Made by a program: the position numbers and the translations under genes. From Amoebophrya sp. A120 (taxonomy: Eukaryota > Protista > Dinoflagellata): a stretch of 64,000 nt of DNA. Within the stretch, counting starts at the first letter, position 1. Each line of letters starts with the position of its first letter. The stretch lies in assembly GCA_905178155.1 (NCBI GenBank), contig CAJINV010000014.1:124001-188000 (forward strand), given 5' to 3'. Positions 1-12,300 of the stretch are shown piece by piece. Below the pieces are notes generated by a model, which was not told the origin of the DNA, searched no databases, and saw only the letters and a program-made list of their open reading frames with translations.

Positions 1-325
1 ATCGCATTCGTCGTTCGTTCGTTCGTGTGGATCGGCTCTGCCGACCGGGTAACCCATCGCCTTGCATATAAATGACCGACATAGGCGAACCCCGTTGCGG
101 GACATACAAATGGCCGCACGGAAGGGCCCTAAGCGCTACATACATAGTTCACCCTAGCGCCTACCACTTCGGTCGGGACTGAGTCAGCCTGGTCCTGGGG
201 GCTCACAGCGCATTCATGCATTACAAATTTCTTTCTCAAGTTGAATCCGCATTACAAATTCTATTTCTCATGCTGAGGTGATTTGTCATGCGGTTTATAC
301 TAGTACGATGCTTTTGCATTTCATA
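1..325. mobile_element. TIR intron family D (partial)
   Basis: Ends tagtacgatgcttttgcatttcata. Confidence 0.8.
10..208 (-). mobile_element. Retroposon 3' end with (AACG)n tail
   Basis: Near-identical to 14681-14841; target duplication cgcattc at 3-9 and 209-215. Confidence 0.75.
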
Positions 326-3300
326 CGTGCCGCTGTGGTTGTCGCTTAATTTGTACACCGCGGAGTTAATGTTCGCGTCCACGTCACTGCCGATCTGCCG
401 CCCGAAAATCACAAAGCCGGTAATGTGCCGGCTATCAAATTCTGCCTTCCACCACGTGGCTGTTCCTGCGGCTGCAGCGGCCCGAAAGCAAAAGCTGCAG
501 CCATCTTTGATACAGCGTGCCTGCTCGCACGAGGAGTCCCCCATGTTGCAGTCGACATGGTTCCCGAGGTCGAAGAGCATGTTTGGCATATGTCGATACA
601 ACACGTTGACCGGCGCATAGGTAGGATCATCACCCTCCGAGCCAGAGCCATCGTGGCCGCTCGACGTCACCCCGTTCACTAGGTCACCGCCTAGTTTATC
701 CACAGAAAAAAAAACCTCCCCTTCCCCATCCATTTTTTGCATGACAGACGCAGAATTTCATGTATGTTGGATGTGGATGGGTCTTTTTTCCTGGTGGATA
801 TATTTCAAAGCGTGTGGGATCCACAAACTGGCCCGATGTCCCGCTCGGTAGAGTGCCCACCGGTTGCTCTTTATTCTGGCCTTCACACTGCCCATACATC
901 ACCCACGGATCGGTATCTTGCCACACGAAGGGACGGGGCGGGTCAGCCGGTGACCACTTTCCCCGCAGGGCCAAGAAGCCGCCCTCGAGCTCGTTTTTGT
1001 AATGGGATACCTGGGCTTTGACTATCAAAGGCAAAAATATCTGGGTCTGGACGATTCTGGGATTTGTGATGCATATTTTGTATGATCCATGACGCATGTA
1101 ATGTATGATCTAGCATCACAGTTTTTTGGGAGGCTTCCTGATGCCTATTCCGCATGACAAATGACCTCCCCGCATAACACAAACTGGAGTCCTGTTGCTG
1201 GTCACGCAATACACATTTTTTTAGAATTCAAAGACAGCATGACAAGTTGCAATCTTCCAGACCCAGACATTTTTGCAATCCATATTGACGGTTTCGCGAC
1301 AATCGGGAGTCATGCGGGTGGTCATGGCGCCAATGCGCGGCGGTGGTATGGCGTTCTCAAATCGTTACACTTTCAGCTGTTACATAATTTGGCATGCAGA
1401 ACTACGATCAGAGCCGACGCAAGAACCGAGCTTCTTCGCATGGCAAATTCGCGAAACGCCAAACAGGCTTAGAATCTTTGTCAGAGCTGTCATGCAAGAC
1501 GCGTGAGGTCATTCCTTTCACGTTCGCCATTCTTGCATTACAAATTCATGTAACAGATGAGAATGTAACGTTTGAGGACGCCATAGGTGGTACGTGAAGG
1601 GCATGGAAGCGTCAGGATCGAAATCAATAGAATCGAAATGATTATGATTTGTGAAGACGCGGCATACAATCGAAGATGCGACCAGCTGGAGCCTCAGTCC
1701 TCTCCAAGTGGCGCGTGACAAATTCCGGCGCCACCAAAATCGAGTCCGTCGTGCTGTTTGGGCAAAGAAGACTGCTCCTGTCATGCCACTCTGGCAGCGC
1801 ATCGTCTTCCCTTAAACAGGCTTGCAATCGGTCTCATTTGCCTGCTCCCCAACACAGGCCCTACTTTCCCGACATTTAATGCATATGCAAATTTTTCGAC
1901 TTTGTCGATTTCGACCCTGCCACTTCCATAAGGGGCCCAGATTCCGTATTCTTCGTACAGGGGATCAGCCGTGTACATGTGGAAGCCGCAGATAGTGAGT
2001 CCTCCACCACGCCGCCATCTGCGACCCACGTGCAGCTGTTGGGAAATATATATTTTTTTCATATCCGGTGCAAAGATTTCTGGGTCTGGAAGGATGCAAG
2101 GTTTATTTTCATGCACAGTCTGCATGTTGTTGACCCCTGTTGACGTCTGTGATGCATGCCCTAGCATCACAGATTTTATTGTGCGGGCTTCCTCATGTTG
2201 CCTATACCGCATGAGAAATGCCCTCTCGCCGTGACAAACACTGGACCTCTTCATCTGCTGTTCATGCAACACAGACTTTTGTAGTAGTATCGAAATGCAG
2301 CGTCACAAGTTGCAACCTTCCAGACCCAGACATATTTGCATCTGATACTTCACGTTGCGGTTCAGTTGTAGCACTGTCCCTCCGCCTATCACACAAGAAA
2401 AAGCATTAACGTTTTTAACGGTTTTCACAGATTGCATTCCTGCATCACATCAATATCAATTGTAGCCCAATTATAGATACGCATGCTATGCATGACAAAT
2501 TCTGGCACGTTTTGTGATGCAACATTGCTGCATCACAAATTCCGTTAACGTGAAACACTTTTTCCTGTGATACCGCCTTTGGCACCCTTTACGGAGCCGA
2601 GCTGCAAGTAATCTCTGCCCTCCTGCATCAGTGTGTTTTTCGTTAGCTTCCACAGCTCTTTTCCTACCTCTTGTTTGTCAGCCGGATCGGCGCGGAGTTG
2701 CGGATCCAGCCACACGCGGCTGTTGTGCAGACGGTCCGGACAGCAGGAGTCCCGGTTAAAGATATCAAATGCGAATATCGATCTGGGTCTGGGAACTTTT
2801 GATGCAAGAATCGGAAAAATAGTGAGCGCACTGTAACGCGCTGCCCAGCATGTTGACAAGTTTTCTTTCCATGGTTCTGAGTTGCGTGCTCCGGCGCATG
2901 ACAAACTGCGTTCTTGCAGGACAGATCGAAGAGGAACTCTACTTCGCGGCCACGCAGTACAGTGGACCCAAGTAGGAAAAGAAACGAAAAAAACAAAGCG
3001 AAAAGCCACGCAGCCTGCCACAAAAGGCGCGCCGGCTACACAACGAAGGCGCGCGCTGGCCCCTCATTGCTAGCGACCGGACCCTCGGGGCCCGGCGCAA
3101 AAACGGCAAACGCCGAAAATCGGCCGTGTCTGCGAAGGTGTATGCTTGCGAAACACCGAACGCCGCGGGAATTTGGGCCATTGACGCCGAGGAATTCTCG
3201 GATGTGGGATCCTGGGAACTAATTTCTGTAAGTGGCGCGCGTAGGATCTGCATTTCGATCGGTAATGCCGACCTTTGAGATTCTGAAAGAAATCCTTTGA

Positions 3301-6300
3301 GATTCTGAAAGAAATCCATTGAATTTCTTTGAGACTCTAAAAGGGGTCAAGAAGTTCAAAACTTGAAAAGGTCTCGCGGAAACCCCTCTCCGAGACACTT
3401 TGGTGGACCCCTTTGGCGCAACCTTTGTACCCTCGTGATTAAGGTAGTTTGCAAAACCCTTTGCAAGACCCCTTTGCAAACTTTTTTCCGGACACTTTTT
3501 CCGGAAGTTTTCTTCTAGAAGCTGAGTTTTCTAGAAGAAAACGCAGCTTCTTCTTCTAGAAGAAGCTGCGTCCTCTTCTAGAAGAAGACGCGAAGTTTTG
3601 TCTTCTTCTAGAAGGCTGGTCTTCCTGTAGAAGACACAGCTTTGCTTTCTTCTAGAAAACGCAGCTTCTAGAAGAAGTTGCTTCTTCTTCTAGAAGAAGT
3701 TGCTTCTTCTTCTAGAAGAAGCTGCGTCTTCTTCCTAGAAGAAAAAGCTGATCGCTCTGCACATGTGTTCAGGAGCACACTTCTAGAAGGCCAGGAGGAA
3801 AAAGCTGCTGCGCGAGTTTTCTTACCTAATAACACAGCAGAGCGCGTGCGCCTACAGCTTCGGCTTTCGTGCCTCAAAGAAATGCACTCCTGCGATTTGC
3901 GTACTGTGTCTCCAGTCGCCACACTTGCACACACTGATGATCCTCGTGTCCAAGTGAGGCGATTGGAGGCGCAGCACGTAAATCCTGGGAACTAATTTCT
4001 GTAAGTCACCTGCATAAAATTTGTGCCCAGATCGGTATTACCAGCGAGAAGACAAATCTTACGCAGGTAGCTTACATAAATTATTTCCCAGGATCTTCGC
4101 TGCGTCAAGAGTTTCGTGATGCGGCGGAAATCCTGAGAGCTAATATCTGTAACTCACCTGCGTAGGGTTTGTGCTGCAATAGGTCTTGCTGATCAGACCA
4201 CAAATCTTACGCAGGTGACTTGCAGCAGTTTGCTCCCAAGGATTTTCGCCACGTCAAATACTAACTCCTGGGATGTCAGCGCACATCCGAGAACTTCTCG
4301 GATGTGAGCTGACACGCGAGGAATTCCTGAATGTGAGTTCACGCCCGGGAATTCCTCGGATGTGAAGCCCCATCCGAGAAGTTCTCGGATGTGGGATCCT
4401 GGGACCTAATTTCTGTAGGCTGCCTGCGTAACATTTGTGCCGTGGCCAGCAAAACCGATCTGAGCACCAATTTTATTCAGGTGACTCACAGAAATTCGCT
4501 CCCAGGCTTTGCGTGTTACGTCTGCAGTCGCCGCGCTTGGACACGCGGATCGAACTGTCACGCGCAAGGCACCAAAGTTCGCAAGAACAGCCGAAGTGGC
4601 GCGGCAGTTTTATTTCTGGCCCCCCCAAAGTGTTGCGTGCCTATCCCAGGAATCCTGTGATGGGCACACAATGTCAGAAAACCAGAAACAAAATCGCTAC
4701 GCCGGTTCGGCTAAACTTGCGAACCGTCGCGCTCTGCGTGTGAAAGTTTGAACCGCAACTCCAAATGAGGCAATTGGAGGCGCAACACACAAATCCAAAG
4801 AGCGCATTGCTGTAAGTCTCCCGCGTAAGATTATGCTGCGCCGTTCTTCTGACCTGCTAACTCTTGGATGTGCGTTCATAAGTGAGGAGTTCTCGGATGT
4901 GAGCTCGCATCTGAGGAGTTCTCGGATTTGAGTTCGATAGACAGATCGAAGGGGAACTCTACTTCGCGGTCACGCAGTACAGAGTTCAGAGTCTGTCAAA
5001 TGCCGGACCCGCGTGACAAATCTCGCAATCTACTCCCAGAGGACCCAGGCACTACATGATTTGCAGCTGATAATAGAGGTGGACTTGCGAAACGAAGCGA
5101 GTCGATCCATCGGTGAACTCGACGGACCATATAACCCGCTCAGGTGTAGTTACAATCTCAAACGTTACAATAGAGTTTGGAAATCTGTGACGCAAGAGCG
5201 CATGATCTAGCCAACTCTCATAGGATTTCGCATGACAAGTTCCGGAGCCCCAACCCCCACTACAATCTGGTGAAATTTGTATTGCAAAAGGTGGGACGCT
5301 CTGCGAGTCTGTCATGCTCATCATGCAACACAAGAAATGCCAGACTCTATTGTAACGTTTGAGACTGTAACACCTGAGCAGGTTATAGACCACCAGGGGA
5401 GTTTCTCACCCTTTCTTCCATGGGTGTGCGTGCATTGGTTTTTCCATATCCAGGAAAAAACACCCATCCCCATCCATTTTTTGCATGACAAATAGTGGAC
5501 TTCATGCATGTTTTGCATGACAAATTGGATGGGGATGTGTTTTTTCCTGGATATTCCACTTGGTGGAACCGCCAATCGGGTACGCTAAAGCATTTGTCGC
5601 TTTCCCGTCCCATATGAATTGCAAATGTAGTGTCTGGGTCTACTCAAAATGATTGCTGCGCTTTGCTAGTAGAAGATGAAGATGCAGTGTCAGTCTGCTT
5701 GACCCAGAGAGTGCGCCCCGCAAGGGACCTGGTATCGCAGGTCTTGCAACTACGGCTTCTCAGTGCCTGATCCGCACGGAAAGTTGTGCCTTCTTTCGGT
5801 GACAAGAGAAAAAGTCACTTTTGCTGCCCAAGCATGACAGATTTATTTTGATGTGACGAGAACGAGATGCAACTACGCATAACAAGTTCACAGGTTTCCA
5901 GACCCAGACATATTTTCATTCGCTATTCCACTTGTCCGTATCGATTTGCTCCGCATGCAGTTCGCTTCTACTATGGTGCTCGCAAATGTTATATTTTCAG
6001 CTGTTACATGAAATTGTGAGGCAACGACAACGTAAGTGAAAGGGGCAGGCTTGCAACTCTCGCATCATAAATTTGGAACAGATTTCGATGCTGTGTAGCC
6101 CTTCCCCTTGTTCGAGAATTTTTTGTCATGCGACTCGTCTGGCGGCTCGTGTTGCTTTTGCATGATAAAAAGTCATGTAGTAACTACAAATAAGGTATTA
6201 ACAGTTGAGAATTTAACGCTTCAGAGTCTATCACGAGAAAAAAGTGTTACAGTTACGCATTTGTTGGAGTTTCTGCATCACAAATTTTCTCTGTGTGGCA

Positions 6301-9300
6301 ATGCGAAGATCATACGGGAATAAAACAGGAAGGAAACGAGGCTCCCAAGCATTTCTTGCATGAGAAAGGTTGTCTGTGTTGCCGGTCTTGCATAGACTAT
6401 GTGTGTCACTGTAACACTTTTTTCTCATGATAGAATCTGATATTCATCCACTGTATGAATTGCAAAAGCATCGTACTAGTAGTAATTGCATTACAAATAT
6501 ACGCTCGCATGACAAATGAAATTTGTGATGCTGTTCTACCTTGGGATGGAGATTTGTAATGCATAATTGCAATTACTACGAGTACGATACTTTTGCACAG
6601 GATACACTGGCTGATCTACCGATTTCTCCCAGAGGTGGAAACCGCAGATGGTGAGTCCGCCACCTATCCAGGAAAAAACACCCATCCCCATCCAAGTTGT
6701 GATGCAAAACGTGCGCAATTTCCTGTGTTTGTCATGTTGGAAGGCCAAGGGCAGGGCGTCCCATTCGTTTATAAACTTAAAACGGTAGCCACCTACCCAG
6801 CAAACTCTGAGTGGAATAAGCACGGGCAAAGCGATCTCTACCGAGAGACAGTCACAAGAGCTCCTGGGACGGCTGCGGGATGAGCTTTGTAGCATGCATG
6901 CAGAAAATGGATGAGGATCATGGATGTTTTTTTCTGGATACCACCGCGACGTCGCACGTCGAGCCTTTGGGCAACGTAGATCCGCTTCAGTGGCAGCTTT
7001 GGTAGATTCTGAGGCAGGATGATTATCGGACGAAAAAAGTGTTCCACTGTAAGGATTTTGCAGGTTCTGCATGACAAGCTCGTTCTACATGTTGAGAGAG
7101 AAAATTTACCATGCAAGCCTCCTAAGGGAAAACACAGCTAAAAATCCACTTGCTTGCACGTGTAGCAAGACAAATACTTCTGTGGTCCATTTTATGCATC
7201 ACATGTTTACAGAGCACGGTTTTTTCTTGCGATATCGATTTCGGTTCCGCCGCTACCCCGTCGTCTCCCTCCACGTCGGCGTCGTCTGCCACCGTCGGAC
7301 GCTACATTCCCGAGCGGCCAAAAGTCCTCGTCCCTCGTAAGCTGGGTATTATCTGGACCGGTTCCGGAGGCCTTACCAGGTACAGACTCGATGCTCTGAA
7401 TCGTCTCATATAGCTGAGTATCAACTGCAAATATGTCTGGGCCTGGAAGATTGCCAGCATTGTCGTGCGTATTTTGGTGCACGAGCCCTGATGCCTGTAA
7501 TGCAGCGCCTAGCATCGCAGATTTTCAGAGGGCTTCCTGATGCCTACTCGTCTGCATGAGAAATGCCCTCTCCGTGTAGAACAAACTGGTCAACTACATG
7601 CAATACCAATAATTAAAAGATTTTGTTCGAATCCGAAGACAGCATCACAAGCTACAACGTTCCAGACCCAGATCGATATTTGCAAGGCATACTGTTTTCC
7701 AATTTCGTGGTTGTTGTTTGAAGTGAGTGGCGGATCCAGAAACACATACGCATTGTTGAGTCGCTCCGGACAACAACCGTCTCGATTCCACAGTTTCAGC
7801 TTCGTGGTCCAATGCGGCCTGCCATCGGTAAACTCGACGCGCCACCAGGGAAGTGCATTATCAGCCGACCTTCCGTGCGTGTGCGAGCACCGGTTTTTCC
7901 ATTTTGTTGAGGCTCCAGACACGTAGGTCAACGGCCTGCCCTTGTAACCGCCGTGCGAGGTGCTTATCTGCTGCGCAGACAACAAATTCGGCGTGACCCG
8001 TGTCTCCGTGATGCCCTGAATATGCTCTACCCAATCATCGCGCGTCCAGGACGCCAAAAGTGTCGCCATTGGGACGGGCGGTAGTTGGCGTTGCAGGACA
8101 GTTATCGTCTTCGCTGGGGCGTACAGGTGGGCCCCACAGATGCGGAGGGCGTCCGTACACGCTTCATCCGAAGCCGGGCACCGGTAGGCGCCGGTGGCAC
8201 CGTCGCGGTCTGTTTCTCCGGTGATGTATACGCGTCGCACAGGCTGCTTTTGTGCCAAAGCCTCTTGGTCCAAGTAGAGCATCTTCCCGCCGGCGCTACC
8301 GGCTGGCACGTCCTATCAAATGTAAAAATGTCTGGGTCTGGAAGATTGCGAGATTTGGCATGCACGTTTTGCATGGGCCATGATGTCTGTGATGCATGCC
8401 CTAGCATCACAGACTTTTTGAGGGCTTCGTGATTCCTATTCCGCATGACAAATGCCCTCTCCGCGTAGCCAAAATTGCATTACTTTTGCTGGTCATGTGT
8501 ATCAGTGGGGACGGAGCCCCCGTACTGTACGGGGCCCCCAGTACAAACAGGCACCTGCAAACAAATTATGCTATTGGAAAACAGCCGAAGTCTGCATTTT
8601 TTATACAAACGCATGGGCCGCCAAAGGTACCCGTTCGCACCGTACAGGGTTACCAAATACACAGGCCCGGCTGGAAACTCCGGAGGCCCCGCGATTAACA
8701 GGTCGGTCCCTTTTGTACAGGACCCAACTCTGCATGGCGACTATCTAAACACCGCGCACTGCCACTGCGCCGGCCCGTCGCCACTAAATCTACAGGCCTT
8801 TGTGAGCACGACGCCGCCATAGCCAAGCACGTCGCTCGCCTAGATAATTACCCTTGCCCCTCTTTGAAGCTATTTTGCCCTCACTGCCCCGCCCTGCTCT
8901 GCAGCGCCCGCGTTCCCACTCACATCAAGTCGCGCGCGCGCGCGCTATCCACTCACATCTTCCAGCCCTGACCTCATCTCTTTTTTCGCTATTTTCTATA
9001 CAAATCCGTGCTCGGAGGTGCCCGGTTGCACAGGACCGTCCGTATTCTCTTTTCTACAATTTCAGTCTTTCTTTGTACACTTTTCGTGTTTACTCATGTA
9101 CATTTTTTGTATAAGAGGGCCCGGACCGTCAGGGGTACCCGTTTGTACAGGTTCACATGCAATACAGATTTTTTTGGAATCCAAATGCAGCGTCACAGGT
9201 TCGGATTCTTCCAGACCCAGACATTTTTACATTTGATACGTCCCCCAACTTCACGTAGTCCTTGCCCTCTTCCATGTGTCCGCCCTTATACAGCGCGTAT

Positions 9301-12300
9301 AGCTCTGTCTATCAAATGCAGAAATGTCTGGGTCTGGAAGATTGCGAGATTTGTCATGCTGATCTGGCATGGCCCTTAAATCTGTATTGCGTGGCCACAA
9401 AAAGCCTCTCTCGCCTGTCGTGCAAAAACGCAGTTTCTCATGCGGAATATGCAGCACAGAAGCACGAAGCAACTTGTCATGCTTGGCGGCGCATTACAGT
9501 GCATTTGTATATTGACTGACTTGCGTCACAAGTTTCCAGACCCAGACATTTTTGCAATCCATACTTTCCCGATGTCAGCATAAAAAATCGGGTTGGATTA
9601 TCGTACGGAAAAATCTCCCCGCCTCCCCAGAACGGCGTGGTGATGCTGATTTGTGAACACAGTTTTATTGTCTTGCGCACAAGGCAAAGGGCAGGGGCAC
9701 CCATGTCGTGGCGCATTGGACAGCGAATCTGTCACGCGCTTTCGCCTATGTCAGGCTTGTTTCTCATGCTTAGCCGCCAGCCGGATACGTTCGTACCCAA
9801 AAAATGGGCTTAGAATTATATGCCGGCAAGCTCTTGTTGCAGCTGGAATATTACAGAGTTCATTTGTGTACACAATCACAAATCCAGCAACTACAACACT
9901 AACTGTATTTTGTTGATTTGAGTATACAATAATAAATATTATGGGGTGGGGGCTTTTTATTTTTTCACTGTTATATATCCAAGAGAAAAACTGTGTTAGT
10001 GTAACTTCTATCTTTGGCTGACAGCTTTACAAATTTGCTCTACATATACAGAGAAAACCTGTCACGCATGGCTTGTAAGGGAAATGGAAAACACACATGA
10101 AAAGAGAACTGCATGGGTGTCTCGCATGACAGGTGTAAGTCTGTTGCATGTTGTGCATTACAGATTTACACTTAATACACAGTTTTTTTTCTCTTGCATA
10201 TGATATGGATTCGTCCGCCTGGATCGGCGGGTCGAGCCAGATATGAACTGCAAAAGTATCGTACTAGTAGTAATTGCAATAGCTCAGCATGACGAATGGA
10301 ATTTGTCATGCTGTTTTGCCTTGGGATGGAGATTTGTAATGCATGGCTGCGATTACTACGAGTACGATACTTTTGCACAGGATACCAGACGGTGCCGCCG
10401 TTTGGTATGGCGCTCCTTAGCGTTACACTCTCAACTGTTGCATGAATTTGTAATGCAAGAATAGCACAGGTGAGACTGAGAGGGAGACGAGAGCCTTGCG
10501 CGTCTTGCATTACAGATTTGGCGCGGGCGGTTCTAGTGCTATTTAGGATTAGGCCTCCGAGCCTTTGTCATGCGAGGCAGCTTCATCGTCATCATGTAGG
10601 GGACACCCGCACGACCCAGCGCCACAGGTCAAGGATCGCTTTTCCGGGGGGTGGGCGAGGAAGCACTTTCGGCGACCTCATCATACAAAAAAAAGCCGTC
10701 TGGTGGCTCATGGTCATTTTGCATGACAAATCGTGTAAACACTTGAGAATGTAACGTCGTTTGAGAACCCCATACTCAGTCCAGCGTCGCCTTCGGTTGC
10801 GGGCTGATTGAAGAGGTGAAGGCGAGAGACGTAGTGCTTTTTTCTATCTTGGAACTCGACTCGCCACCAGTTGAGCCCATTCTCCGGCTTTTCACCAGTA
10901 GCGCTGGAATACTCGGTCTTCATGCAGGACGACGACGTGTCGTCGCCCAGCGTGTAATTTAGGGGTTTTTTGGGTCCGTGTAGCGCGGTGTTTCCGCCGG
11001 CAACACTGGACTGCGATGCGCCGAGCAAGTCCAGTGGAACCCGAGCCAAGGGGTCCAGCGTCTCGGCGGGCCCAAACAGTTGCACCCCGCAGATTTGCAA
11101 TGCTTTAGCTTCATTACTGGTCCCATGCGTCACGTACACACGCTTCACGGGCTGCTTCGCTGCCATCGCCCCCTGGTCCAGAGAAATGGGAAGGCTTGCG
11201 TGGCCGTTCGCGGGAATAGTGCCGAACTTGAAGTTACTAAGGGGAAAATTTCACAAATACAAAGATCTGCAAAAGTTGATGTTTAAAGGACAAAACTGCA
11301 GAGAAGCAGGCGCCCAGTTTTATGCTTTTCAGCAATTCAGGCCCTGTCGGGCATCCTTGGGAGGGGCGCCAGAGCATTCATCTCAGGCGGTCGCCATTTA
11401 ACCCGACCAAAGTCGCACCAGCGCGGGCCGCCTAGCAGGGCGGCACTAGGGCTCTTGGGGCCGCGCCATGGTGCCCGGAACTCCGGCGCCATGCGGCGCA
11501 TGCGGAGGCAGTAATAGGTCGCGGCGAATCGCCGAAAGGGGAAAATCGCATCAAAATGACGCAGAAAAATGCTCGCGGGCGACCTCTCCGGCAGGGGTCG
11601 CCGGACCCCCCTGCCTTTTCATTTGTGGAAAGTTACCAAGCGGGAATTGGGAGTTTGGTTGTTCCGAAGGGCCCCAGATCTTGGGGTCTCCGGAGGGGTC
11701 GGGTCTGTTCATTTGTGGAAAGTTACCAAGTGGGAATAGCGTTTTTTTGCTCCAATCACGAGCTAAACGACAAACCGCATCGGCGGATTCGACGAAAAGG
11801 AAAGGAAGCAGCCTTCTGATTTTGTTGTTGAAGTACATGCATGCTCGTGGTCGTCCGGTATGGCCTCCAGCGACGCCAAACCCTCCGGACCTTGCCGGAC
11901 AGAAGAACGCCGCGCACTGTTGCTGTGCTGCTGTTCGACTCGCCGGCGTTGCGTTTCGCAGACCCTGGACCCCCTCCCAGCAGCCCTGAACCCTCTAAAG
12001 GCCAATTTTTGCAGATATTTGTATTTGTGAAATTTTCCACTCAGTAGAAGTAGTCCCGGTGCTCCACGAGGTTGAAGTTTTTGGGGTTTTGGAGCAGCGA
12101 ATACAGTCGCAGACCGATCTTCGCGTAATCGGACTCTTCCTCCTCGTTGACATCTTCTGGCATAGGTGGATCCAGCCAAATTACGCCGTTGTTCAGACCC
12201 TGTGTTGACCAGCCAGATGCCGGGACAACTTCGCTGTTGACCAGGCGCAATTGGGAGATATGTAACGGGTTCACCGTATTCTGAGTAAAAACGTCCCCAC

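Larger units (their letters stand above)
2763..5072. mobile_element. TIR intron family A carrying a 2-kb insert
   Basis: DR aaaga/ataga; exons join as VHL(Y/F)NRDSCC. Confidence 0.85.

Noticed and set aside
11237-12044. Tc1/mariner-type MITE with TA duplication
   Set aside because: Including the TA in the TIR reveals a perfect 5-bp gaagt repeat, and that reading matches the sister protein repeats.
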